This document shows, one piece after another, positions 21,288 to 29,422 of a DNA stretch of 64,000 nucleotides; positions within the stretch are counted from its first letter, which is position 1, and every line of letters starts with the position of its first letter. This stretch comes from Planctomycetota bacterium (lineage in GTDB: Bacteria > Planctomycetota > JAJSAM01 > JAJVHW01): assembly GCA_965248445.1 (NCBI GenBank), contig CBDFJG010000004.1, positions 1,088,001-1,152,000 of the forward strand, given 5' to 3'. A model generated the notes under the pieces. The model was not told the DNA's origin and did no database searches. It worked only from the letters and a program-made list of their open reading frames with translations. Position numbers and translations under genes: made by a program.

Positions 21288-21695
21288 TTAGAGGACTTCC
21301 TGCAGCGTGTCGAGCCACTGCTCGCGCAACCACACCGGCGTGCCGGCGGCCTCCACGCCGCCAGGCTTCCCCGTCGCGATCTTGAACAGCTCGATCGCCT
21401 GGGCATACAGGGCGGCGGCGATCCCTTCGTTCCCACGCTTCGACTCGCACTCCGCGGCCTTCATCCAGATGAACAGCGCGACGTTGGCATCGCTGAGCGC
21501 CTGGAACGTCTCGTCCACCCGCGACTTCCAGCTGAGGTCGAGGCTGCCGGACTGCTCGTTGATGTCAGCGGCGAGAGCCGTGACGAACTCCCTCTCCGTG
21601 GACGTGGAGATCCGGTTCTCGGGCACGGTCACGCTGCAGCAGCCCGTGACCACCAAGAGCGCTACGAGCCCGAACAACAGTGCGATCTTCGACAT
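21288..21695 (-). CDS. Hypothetical lipoprotein
   Basis: AGAAGGA RBS-like sequence and MSKIALLFGLVALLVVTGC lipobox. Confidence 0.65.
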   Translation of the reverse strand: MSKIALLFGLVALLVVTGCCSVTVPENRISTSTEREFVTALAADINEQSGSLDLSWKSRVDETFQALSDANVALFIWMKAAECESKRGNEGIAAALYAQAIELFKIATGKPGGVEAAGTPVWLREQWLDTLQEVL

Positions 21696-21736
21696 CGTTT
21701 CCTTCTCCTCTATCGAGTGAAATGGGGGTTCGTGTG

Positions 21737-22396
21737 CTACTGCAGCAGCTTCGTCTGCTGCCCCGCGTGCCCCGCGTGCCGCGCGCCCAGCAGCAACCCG
21801 CGCCTGGAGTTCCGCAACCACGTCGCGGCAGACGGAACGGCCAGGTCGTGCGCGCGATCCGACGCCGTGTTGACGATCTGATCGACCAGTGCGCCGACCA
21901 GCATGCCCAGCACGTTGTCCTGCTGGTCCGACGAGTTCTGCTCGGCGACGTGCGATCCCTCCTAGAGCAGCGTGCCGGTCTGAGCGTCCACCAGGCGGCC
22001 GCTGACCGACACGATCGTCTGCGAGTTCAGGACCTGATAGCTCGTTCCCCAGTCGTGGACGTGGAGGTAGAGCACCGCGTCGGCCCCGATGATCTCGTGC
22101 AGCTTCGAGAGTTCAGCCGTACGCATCTCGGCGGGCGTCGGCAGGCCGTTCTCCTTGAGCATGCTGTCGACCACGGCGACGGGGAAGACGTAGTAACCGT
22201 GCTCCGCAATCGGCGCGGTCGCGACGCTCAGGTAGTTGTACGACGCGAGCGGTTCGACGGACTCGTTCGTGGGCGGCAGCACCAGGATCGAGCTGGGCAT
22301 GTGGGCCAGGTACTGGCTGTAGTCGTGCGGTTTCTGAGGCGCATTGCATGCGGCGGTCACCAGGAGCGCGAGCGCGGTCGCGACCACGGTGCGCAT
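21737..22396 (-). pseudogene. DUF799 (GNA1162-like) lipoprotein with an in-frame TAG at 21962-21964
   Basis: P.SILVLPP.NES, GYYVFPVAVV, ADAVLY....WG..Y motifs. The frame continues past TAG (in place of the usual Trp in TG.LLW.G) to a stop at 21737. Confidence 0.8.
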
Positions 22397-22740
22397 CACC
22401 GGCTCATCCTCGCGAGCAGCCCGTCCACGAACACCGCGGACTCGGGGAACGCCGCCTTCTCGGCTGACAGCATTCGCGCCCCCGCGTCGCCGTCGCCGGC
22501 CCTGAAGTACAGATAGCCCAGGTGGGCGCGGACGCCTGGCGGGACCGCGTCGGCTTCCGTCTCCGCGACCTGCTCCTCCAGCTCGAGGATGTGGTCGCCG
22601 AGTTCGAAGTCCTCGGCGTCGACCCACATCTCGTAGAGCGAGTCCTGGTAGTCGCCCCACGCGTACATCGTCTTCCGTGCGCACCCGGTCATGCAGACCG
22701 ACGCCAGAAGAGCCGTCGCAAGCCACATGCGCGCGCGCAC
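22396..22740 (-). CDS. DUF4810 lipoprotein
   Basis: MTGC lipobox, YAWGDYQ..LY, VPPG..AHLGYLY, EKA.FPES..F.D.L. Confidence 0.85.
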   Translation of the reverse strand: MRARMWLATALLASVCMTGCARKTMYAWGDYQDSLYEMWVDAEDFELGDHILELEEQVAETEADAVPPGVRAHLGYLYFRAGDGDAGARMLSAEKAAFPESAVFVDGLLARMSR

Positions 22741-23492
22741 TAGTTGCCCCACGCGCCGCTCTCGACCGACGCGACCAGCTTGTTCACCGCGTCGGTGATC
22801 GACAGGTTGAGCACCTTGCCGTTCAGCGTCGCGTCGTACCCGGCGGTGCTCGCGAACCCCACGACCTCGCGCGTGCTGAGCGCGTACTCGCCCGCGCCTT
22901 GCACGGAGTAGACGACGCGCGACGTGCGCGTCTCCACGATGTTGAGCGACACCTTGGAGTAGGCCATCTGCTTGTGGCCGCGCCCGAGGATCCCGTACAG
23001 CTGACGATCCCCAGTGTTGCGGCGACCGAACTCCGTGACCTCGCCGGTGATCACGTACGCCGCGCCGGTGAGCGACTGGGGCGTCCCCAGGACGTCCGAC
23101 TCCCACGCGATCTCGTCGAGGTTGTCGCGATCGAGGAGCACGAACCGGCCCGACTGCGACAGGTGCGTCTTGAGGATCGTCTTCGCCTGAGTGCCGAGCC
23201 GGTCCTCGCCCGACGAGAACATGCCCTGCATGTACGGAGAGCGGTTCTGGAAGTTGCTGATCGCCAGACTCGGTCGGTGCCCGGAGTACGCCGTGCCGTA
23301 GCTCGTGACGGACTGCGTTGCGACGACCTGGTGGCTCTCGGACGCGCACCCGCTCGACACGCCAGCGACCAGCGCGGCCAGGGCGAGGCACGCCGCCGCG
23401 CGAGGACGGGTTCTCGGTCGAAACCTAGGCGGGCTTTCAGGGTCCGCGTCGTCGAAACTCGCTACGAAACGGGTGGCCAAACTCGTAAGCAT
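22740..23492 (-). CDS. CsgG/HfaB family lipoprotein
   Basis: F.NRS.Y..G.FS.G.DRLG.QAK.IL.THL.QSGRF.LLDR.N, ITG.VTEFGR, S.QGAGEY. The start codon is uncertain. Confidence 0.88.
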   Translation of the reverse strand: MLTSLATRFVASFDDADPESPPRFRPRTRPRAAACLALAALVAGVSSGCASESHQVVATQSVTSYGTAYSGHRPSLAISNFQNRSPYMQGMFSSGEDRLGTQAKTILKTHLSQSGRFVLLDRDNLDEIAWESDVLGTPQSLTGAAYVITGEVTEFGRRNTGDRQLYGILGRGHKQMAYSKVSLNIVETRTSRVVYSVQGAGEYALSTREVVGFASTAGYDATLNGKVLNLSITDAVNKLVASVESGAWGN

Positions 23493-23505
23493 ACGTTCGT
23501 GAAAT
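23486..23505. promoter_or_regulatory. Putative operator, copy 1 (TAAGCATACGTTCGTGAAAT)
   Basis: 18/20 match to 24230-24249. AT-rich and located at the csgG start. Confidence 0.5.
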
Positions 23506-23656
23506 AGGTCATGATCGGGTGCCCCGTCAAACCTAAAACTCGGAAGACGGCTGCCCGTCCTCGGGCTCGGACGAACTCGTGCCTCGCGCCAGGGCCGGGC
23601 GAACGCCGGTGATCGCACCGGTCTCCGGGTCGGTAGCGCGGGGCACGACACGCCAC

Positions 23657-23914
23657 CTACGCGGCGGTGGAGAGGTCCGTTGCGGCGGCCCGGAGGGCGT
23701 ACTGGAGGTCGAAGAACTCGTCCGCGGTGGGGTGGCGCTTCCCCGACTCGATGGCCTCGAGCCACGCGATCGAACGGAGGGCTTCCCCAGCGACAGCCTC
23801 TAGGCTGAGGCCCATCTCGCGCCGGAGCGCGCGCGCCTTCCACGCTGAGAAGCGGCGGCGGCGGGAACGGCGCCGAGGGAGGCGCGGGAGAGGGCGACGG
23901 CGGCGAGCGCTCAC
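23657..23914 (-). CDS. XRE-family helix-turn-helix protein
   Basis: RALRREMGLSLEAVA....SIAWLEAIESGKRHPT. Confidence 0.75.
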   Translation of the reverse strand: MSARRRRPLPRLPRRRSRRRRFSAWKARALRREMGLSLEAVAGEALRSIAWLEAIESGKRHPTADEFFDLQYALRAAATDLSTAA

Positions 23915-23924
23915 GAGCCGGAGG

Positions 23925-24179
23925 CTACTCAGTGAAGTCCAGGACCTCGCACTCCAGGAGGAAGGCCAGGGCCAAGAGCTGATCGGCGTTCGGCTGCGTC
24001 TTGCCCTTCCTCCAGTTGTAGATCGTCTCGTTCGTGACCTCGCAGGGCTCCGCCAGGTGCCTGGTCTGGAGGCGGTCGCCGCGATCCTTGGCGCGGCTCT
24101 TCGCCTCCTTCCAGAGCACGGCGAACTTCTCGCTCGACCACCGCCGGCGGCGTGCGCCGCGAGACCTTTTTTCCCCCAC
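23925..24179 (-). CDS. XRE/Cro-like helix-turn-helix regulator
   Basis: LAE.CEVTNETIYNWRKGKTQP.ADQLLALA..L. Confidence 0.8.
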   Translation of the reverse strand: MGEKRSRGARRRRWSSEKFAVLWKEAKSRAKDRGDRLQTRHLAEPCEVTNETIYNWRKGKTQPNADQLLALAFLLECEVLDFTE

Positions 24180-24229
24180 CTAATCGCGCCCTCCGGCCCC
24201 GCCCCCACGCTCCAACATGGGCACACAGT

Positions 24230-24267
24230 TAAGCATACATTCGTTAAATCCCTTTTGGTGAACGAAT
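24230..24267. promoter_or_regulatory. Divergent promoter/operator region, operator copy 2 plus the inverted pair ATTCGTT/AACGAAT
   Basis: AT-rich gap between divergent HTH genes, containing a repeat of 23486-23505. Confidence 0.5.
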
Positions 24268-24343
24268 TTGGATATTGACCGAGCCGCGGCGGTGTCACAG
24301 GCTCGTTGAAGAGCGATACCAATCGAGCCGGAGGAAGCCCGCA

Positions 24344-24697
24344 ATGCAGGTGATCAGCCACAGGGAACGTCTCAAAGAACGTCTGGCTGCGCTCGTCCGC
24401 GAGGACGCGGATCGGGCGGCAGAGCGACTCGAGCTAGTCGGGCTCCTCCGCGGCTCAGGAGGCCCGACGACAACGCCGACCCAACGACGGTTGCTGGCTG
24501 TGCTGCGGGAGGAAGGGGCGCCGATGCGAGCGTGCGAGATTGCGGACCGTCTCTCGCTCGTGGGGGGCCGGGCACGCCACGGCATCGCCACGGACTGCTG
24601 CATCCTCCTAGCGCGGGGACAGCTCGCACGACTCAGGCGCGGCGTGTACGGGCTGCCCCCCGAGGCGGCGGGCGCGGAGGAGGGGAGCGGGAGGTGA
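24344..24697 (+). CDS. Winged-HTH-like DNA-binding protein
   Basis: GGAGG RBS. TPTQRRLLAVLREEG.PMRA.EIADRL...LARLRRGVYGL. Confidence 0.65.
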   Translation: MQVISHRERLKERLAALVREDADRAAERLELVGLLRGSGGPTTTPTQRRLLAVLREEGAPMRACEIADRLSLVGGRARHGIATDCCILLARGQLARLRRGVYGLPPEAAGAEEGSGR

Positions 24698-25149
24698 GCA
24701 CCACCGTCCACTGCCTGTCCCGACGCGAGATCGAGTCGATCGATTGGCGCTCGACCGAGCCGGGCATCGCGATCTGCCTGGCGTACCCCAACGGCCGGAT
24801 CCACCGCGTCACGCCGGGGGATGGGCTCGTCGCCGTGCACCACACCAGGTTCTCTGACTGCGACGGCGAAGGCCGCTGGACGTTCCCGGAGAACAAGGCG
24901 GGCAACACGCCGATCCCGATGCTCCGCGGGCAGGCGCTCGACATCCTGGACTTCGCCCGCGCGCACGGCGACGTCGACGACGTGTACGTCGCGTGCATGG
25001 GCGGGGTGTCGCGGTCGCGCGGCGTCGCCGCTGGTCTTTGCGCCGTGCTCGGTTGGGACGACGCCGCCGTCTACGCGGAGGGCCAGCCGAACGCGCACTG
25101 CAAGTCGATGATCGTGGCGGCATCCCGACTTTGGGACGGAAGACCGTGA
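24694..25149 (+). CDS. Protein-tyrosine/dual-specificity phosphatase-like protein
   Basis: CX5R P-loop VYVACMGGVSRSRGVA, an upstream F.D.D acid loop and a downstream PN motif. GTGA coupling. Confidence 0.75.
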   Translation: MSTTVHCLSRREIESIDWRSTEPGIAICLAYPNGRIHRVTPGDGLVAVHHTRFSDCDGEGRWTFPENKAGNTPIPMLRGQALDILDFARAHGDVDDVYVACMGGVSRSRGVAAGLCAVLGWDDAAVYAEGQPNAHCKSMIVAASRLWDGRP

Positions 25150-25661
25150 TCGCCAGCGACCGCGAGCTGCTGTGGGCGGACGTGCCGAACGCCGTCAAAC
25201 TCGATGCGCAGCGACAGATCGACGACGCCGTGCAACGGGAGCGAGAGGCGATCCTGCGCCTCGACAGCGTGCGCGGGAGAGCGTGGTTCGAGATCCGCGG
25301 CCGCGGCGCCGGGGCGGCTGAGATCGCCGACGAGGAGGCGGAGCTGCTCCTTGCCGCCGTCGGCGGTGACGCTTCGAAGCTGCCCGCCATCCTGTGTCGC
25401 GGCGCCGCCCTGTTGCGCGAGGCGGAAGCGTCCGTAGCTCTCAGCCGTGACCCGGGCTGTCAGACGCACGCTGTCGCGCCCCACTTCGCCCCTCCTGACT
25501 CGCTTCCATCGTGGGCTGTCGCGCGCATCACGCGAGCGAGCGGGCTGTACGAGGGCCAGTGCGAGCACGGCATCGGGCATCCCATCGGCACGTTCCCCGA
25601 AGGGTACGGCGTCCACGGTTGCGACGGGTGCTGCGCACCGGGCTCGGGGCTACTGCCGTGA
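25146..25661 (+). CDS. Phage-like hypothetical protein with a Cys/His metal-binding tail
   Basis: CEHGIGHP...HGCDGCC. GTGA coupling. Confidence 0.6.
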   Translation: MIASDRELLWADVPNAVKLDAQRQIDDAVQREREAILRLDSVRGRAWFEIRGRGAGAAEIADEEAELLLAAVGGDASKLPAILCRGAALLREAEASVALSRDPGCQTHAVAPHFAPPDSLPSWAVARITRASGLYEGQCEHGIGHPIGTFPEGYGVHGCDGCCAPGSGLLP

Positions 25662-26014
25662 ACCTCCTCGACTTCCTGAGCGTCGTGATCGAGGACGGCA
25701 TCGCCGCGGCGCGCAAGAGCTACGCGAACGACCCCGAGAAGCGCGCCGGTGCCGTTGCCGGCTTCGAGGCGTGCCGTGGCAAGTCGCCGACCGAGTTGCT
25801 CGCGTTGCTCGAAGGCGCTCGCTCCGACACGCGACTCGCCTACGTGCTGGACGCCCGCGACTACTGGCGCGCACGGTGCTACGAGGCCGAGATCGAGTGG
25901 GTCTGCAACTGCGTCAGCGCCGTCCTCGAGAACGAGGGGCACGCACCGATCATCAACCCGACGTACCGGGGCGTGATGAAGGCGAACGCCGTCCTGCAGG
26001 GAGTTGCCGGGTGA
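25658..26014 (+). CDS. Phage-like hypothetical protein
   Basis: GTGA coupling at both ends and coherent codon usage. Confidence 0.6.
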   Translation: MNLLDFLSVVIEDGIAAARKSYANDPEKRAGAVAGFEACRGKSPTELLALLEGARSDTRLAYVLDARDYWRARCYEAEIEWVCNCVSAVLENEGHAPIINPTYRGVMKANAVLQGVAG

Positions 26015-26421
26015 GCCTCCCGGTCCTCCTGACCGTGCCAGAGGTTGCCGAGTACTTGGGGGTCTCCCCGAGGACTGTGCAGCGCATGTGCAGCGAGGGG
26101 CGCATCCCCAGCGTGTCGTTCCGCGGCGGCTACCGCGTCCCGAGTGACGAGCTGGAGGCGTTCATCCGTCGGGCTGCGCGCGGGAGCGTTCGAGAGCCGC
26201 AGGAGCCTCGGCCAGCTCCCCCTCCCGAAGCGCGCGGTTATAGACAGTCTGCGACATCCGAGGCGATCGATGGCCCAGCAGCCGAGCGGTGGCTTGCGGA
26301 CGAAAGGCGTCTCCTTCGAGAGAAGATACGAACATTACGCGGAGGTCCTGAATGCGCAGCGTCGGGTGGCCGACGCGCTTCCGAAAGCGGCGCCAATACA
26401 GCCGGAGACCGTTCACGGTGA
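26011..26421 (+). CDS. Excisionase-like (HTH_17) DNA-binding protein
   Basis: LLTVPEVAEYLGVSPRTVQRMCSEGRIPSV...YRVP..EL..FI. Confidence 0.85.
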   Translation: MSLPVLLTVPEVAEYLGVSPRTVQRMCSEGRIPSVSFRGGYRVPSDELEAFIRRAARGSVREPQEPRPAPPPEARGYRQSATSEAIDGPAAERWLADERRLLREKIRTLRGGPECAASGGRRASESGANTAGDRSR

Positions 26422-27232
26422 CCCCGGAGAACACGCGATGAGGACCATGCAGCGGAGCCGGGCCGCGGTGCTGCCAGAGGTGTGCGAGAATCTTGCGCAG
26501 CCGCGGGCTCATCTGGCACTCGGGCCGATACCCGCGCTTCTGCGCCGGTGGTCTCGCGGTCGAGAAGTCGTCGGCCACGAACTTCCACTCCAGCCCGAGT
26601 GCCTGCCCGCGCCGCACGCCCGTGTCCACGTAGAACGTGATGATGGGCCGGTACTTGTCGGACGCCGCGTCGAGGATGGCGTCCAGCTCCGTGCCAGGGA
26701 GATTCCGGACCTCGCGTGGCCTCGTGGACTCGAAGGTGATGACCCGGCGCCGTCCGCCCCCGCGGAAGGGGTTCCGGACGATGTGCCCGACCTCCTGCGC
26801 CTCATCGAACACCGGGGCGAGCACGTTGAACTCCCGCTTCAGCGTCGCGGGCGACAGCTGTCTCGCGCGGAGCCCGGCGAAGTACACCCGGATCTGCGCC
26901 GTGGTGATCTGGTCGAGCGGCGTGTGGCCGAAGAAGGCGTCCGCGCTGTTGAACGTGAAGACCGCTCGGTCGAACGTCGCGGGCATCACCTGCGCCGCGT
27001 AGAGCGCCAGGTAGTGGGTGTGGAGGAACGTCGTGAAGGCGGGGACCGCGACCTGCTGATGACGCGCGAACTCGAGGTCCGCGAGGAAGTCGGCCTGCCA
27101 GCGGCGGGCGTCGCGCTTCTTCTCCCCGAGGGCCTTCTTGCGGCGCCGCTTGCCAGCCGAGTCCGTGAAATCGAACCACCAGCCGGGCCGCTCAGCCCGC
27201 CGGAAAAGAACCGTTCTATCGCCTGTAGCCAT
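26162..27232 (-). CDS. Tyrosine recombinase/integrase
   Basis: Arm domain WWFDFTDSAGKRRRK, TGVRRGQALGL.W, LRIQDLR, LLGH.S..M...Y. Adjacent to the tRNA 3' end. Confidence 0.92.
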   Translation of the reverse strand: MATGDRTVLFRRAERPGWWFDFTDSAGKRRRKKALGEKKRDARRWQADFLADLEFARHQQVAVPAFTTFLHTHYLALYAAQVMPATFDRAVFTFNSADAFFGHTPLDQITTAQIRVYFAGLRARQLSPATLKREFNVLAPVFDEAQEVGHIVRNPFRGGGRRRVITFESTRPREVRNLPGTELDAILDAASDKYRPIITFYVDTGVRRGQALGLEWKFVADDFSTARPPAQKRGYRPECQMSPRLRKILAHLWQHRGPAPLHGPHRVFSGVTVNGLRLYWRRFRKRVGHPTLRIQDLRVMFVSSLEGDAFRPQATARLLGHRSPRMSQTVYNRALREGELAEAPAALERSRAQPDG

Positions 27233-27341
27233 GAACAGACCGTACCAGAAAGTGCTGCCCGCGTTGCTGCCCCGATCCCGATGCGCCTCTGGAGCGCTTG
27301 GCCGGTGATCGCTCAAACCCTTGCAAATACTGGGCTTAGCG

Positions 27342-27417
27342 TGGTGGGCAGAGGCAGACTTGAACTGCCGACCCCTGCATTTTCAGTGCAGTGCTCTACC
27401 AACTGAGCTACCTGCCC
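27342..27417 (-). tRNA. tRNA-Phe (GAA)
   Basis: GGGCAGG acceptor stem, D-arm AGCTCAGTTGGTAGAGC, anticodon arm CTGCA-CTGAAAA-TGCAG, TTCAAG T-loop, encoded CCA. 76 nt. Confidence 0.97.
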
Positions 27418-27566
27418 ACCGTCGTGTCGGACGTCGGGAGCGACGGTTCCACGCCGCTCCGCCGGATTGTCCCGGGGCGCCGAAGGTAGCCCGACGCGAC
27501 GCCGTCGGGAAGCAAGGTTGCCGGCGCGGCGGCGAGCAGGCGGAGCGGATCCGGCTGCGGTCGGGC

Positions 27567-28520
27567 TCAGTCCGAGCTCCACGTGTCGTCGGCCATGCAG
27601 GCAGTGACATCGGCGACATCGCGCTCGATCTGCGCGCGCAGTGCCTCGGGCGTGTCGAACTTTCGCTCGTCGCGAAGCTTGCCGAAGAGCGGGACCTCGA
27701 GTTGGAGTCCGTAGAGGTCGCCGTCGTAGTCGAGGACGTGGACCTCCACGGTGTCGGCGTCCTCGCCCTCGGGGAAGAACGTAGGCCGTCCACCGACGTT
27801 GATGGCCGCCGCGTACCGCACACCATCGATCGTCGTATGACCGGCGTAGACGCCGCGCCCGGGGCGCAACTCGCGCTGCATGTCGAGGTTCGCGGTCGGG
27901 TACCCGAGTGTGCGGCCGCGGCCGTCGCCCTTCACCACGACGCCGAACAGTGCGGGAGGGCGGCCGAGCAGGCGGGCGGCGGCAGCGAGATCCCCGCTCG
28001 CGACGGCGGCGCGAATCGAGGACGACGAGACGACGGTGCCGTCGTCGAGCGTCACCGCCTCGGTGCGCAGCACCGGGACGCCGCGCGGACCGAGGATCCG
28101 TTCGAGCAGCGCGTGGTCCCCCTCGCGGTCGTGGCCGAAGTGGGTGTCGTGGCCGACGACCACACCCCGTGCGCCGATCCGGCCGAGCAACACCTCCTCG
28201 ACGAAGCGCTGCGCCGTGGTCTCGCGCAGCGACGAGTCGAAGCGGAGCACGACCGTCGTGTCGACCCCCTCGCGGGCCAGCAGCGCCAGACGGTGCGGGA
28301 GCGACGTGATCAGGGGCGGAGCGCGGCCGACGGTGAGCTTGTGCGGGTGCACGTCGAACGTGAGGACTACGACCTCGCCGCCCTCCCGGGCGGCCATCTC
28401 CCGGGTGCGCGCCAGAACGGCACGGTGTCCGCGGTGCACGCCGTCGAAGACCCCCAGCGTGACCACCGGGCGGCGGAAGCGCTCGGGGGAGAGATCAGCG
28501 GTGCCGTGCAGGACGCGCAT
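27567..28520 (-). CDS. ribF: Bifunctional riboflavin kinase/FAD synthetase
   Basis: GVFDGVHRGH, VSSSSIR, GRTLGYPTAN, LRDERKF. Confidence 0.96.
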   Translation of the reverse strand: MRVLHGTADLSPERFRRPVVTLGVFDGVHRGHRAVLARTREMAAREGGEVVVLTFDVHPHKLTVGRAPPLITSLPHRLALLAREGVDTTVVLRFDSSLRETTAQRFVEEVLLGRIGARGVVVGHDTHFGHDREGDHALLERILGPRGVPVLRTEAVTLDDGTVVSSSSIRAAVASGDLAAAARLLGRPPALFGVVVKGDGRGRTLGYPTANLDMQRELRPGRGVYAGHTTIDGVRYAAAINVGGRPTFFPEGEDADTVEVHVLDYDGDLYGLQLEVPLFGKLRDERKFDTPEALRAQIERDVADVTACMADDTWSSD

Positions 28521-28684
28521 GGAGCGAAGGAGCATACGAAGATCCGAACTCGATCCGTAACCGTGACGGCGGTTCGCACGTCCTCACGCTTCGGGATCCA
28601 ACGCCCGACGCGGCTCCCCCCTTGGGAGGGTGGGGGTTAGGGATGGTGCACGCGCTGCGGCAACCAAGTGGGTTGGAGGCGTGC

Positions 28685-29218
28685 CTAGGCCTGCGGAGCC
28701 GCGCGCTCTTCGAGCCTGCGCAGGGCGCGGCGGTTCGCGAGCTTGTCGGCGGGCGACATCTTGGACAGGAACGTCACCCCGTCCAGGTGGTCGATCTCGT
28801 GCAGGCAGCAGCGGCCGAGGAGGTCGTCGTCCTCGAGCTCGTAGAGCTCGCCGTCCAGGCCCGTGAAGCTGATTTTCACGCCCTCGGCGCGGGTGATCGT
28901 CGCCGCGACGCCGGGGAACGAGAGGCAGCCCTCTTCCATCGCCTCCGAGCCCCAGGTCTCCTCGACCACGGGGTTGATCAGGACCAGCGAGTCCTCGGCC
29001 AAGCCGTTGTCGCTGACGATCGCGACCCGCGCGTCCCAGCCGACCTGCGCCGCCGCGAGCCCGATCCCGTGCGCCGCCACCATCGTGGCGATCATCCGCT
29101 CGGCCATCTCGCGGACCTCGTCGGTGACCTCGGTGACGAGGTTCATCCGGCGCCTCAGGAAGGCGTCGGGGTACTTCACGATCGGAAGCAGTTCTGGCTC
29201 GGTGGTTGTGTCGGTCAT
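28685..29218 (-). CDS. def: Peptide deformylase
   Basis: GIGLAA.QVG, EGCLS, HEIDHLDG. Confidence 0.96.
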   Translation of the reverse strand: MTDTTTEPELLPIVKYPDAFLRRRMNLVTEVTDEVREMAERMIATMVAAHGIGLAAAQVGWDARVAIVSDNGLAEDSLVLINPVVEETWGSEAMEEGCLSFPGVAATITRAEGVKISFTGLDGELYELEDDDLLGRCCLHEIDHLDGVTFLSKMSPADKLANRRALRRLEERAAPQA

Positions 29219-29422
29219 GGCTGGTTCCAGGGCCCTCTCCGCGAGCGGACGGGCCCCGTCAGACTCCAGAGTACGAAGACGCCCACGATACGAAGACGGA
29301 TTGAGCGGCCGGGACATTCCGCCCGGGAGCCTCCCGACGGGCCGCGGTACTATCGGGGGTTCACCCCTGAGCTATCGGACATCGGGGGCCGAGAACCGAG
29401 TGCGAGAGGAATTGGAGAGCCC

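Noticed and set aside
21962..21964. Pyrrolysine or stop-codon recoding at the DUF799 TAG
   Set aside because: TAG is used as a normal stop by many genes here, and no pyl genes are seen. A point mutation or base-call error is simpler.
1..27341. Second att site (duplicate of the tRNA-Phe 3' end)
   Set aside because: Not found by eye in the window, so the island's far boundary is undefined.
28622..29422. N-terminal extension of the 709-aa TPR ORF
   Set aside because: It overlaps def on the opposite strand. An RBS and protein-like sequence begin at ATG 29423.
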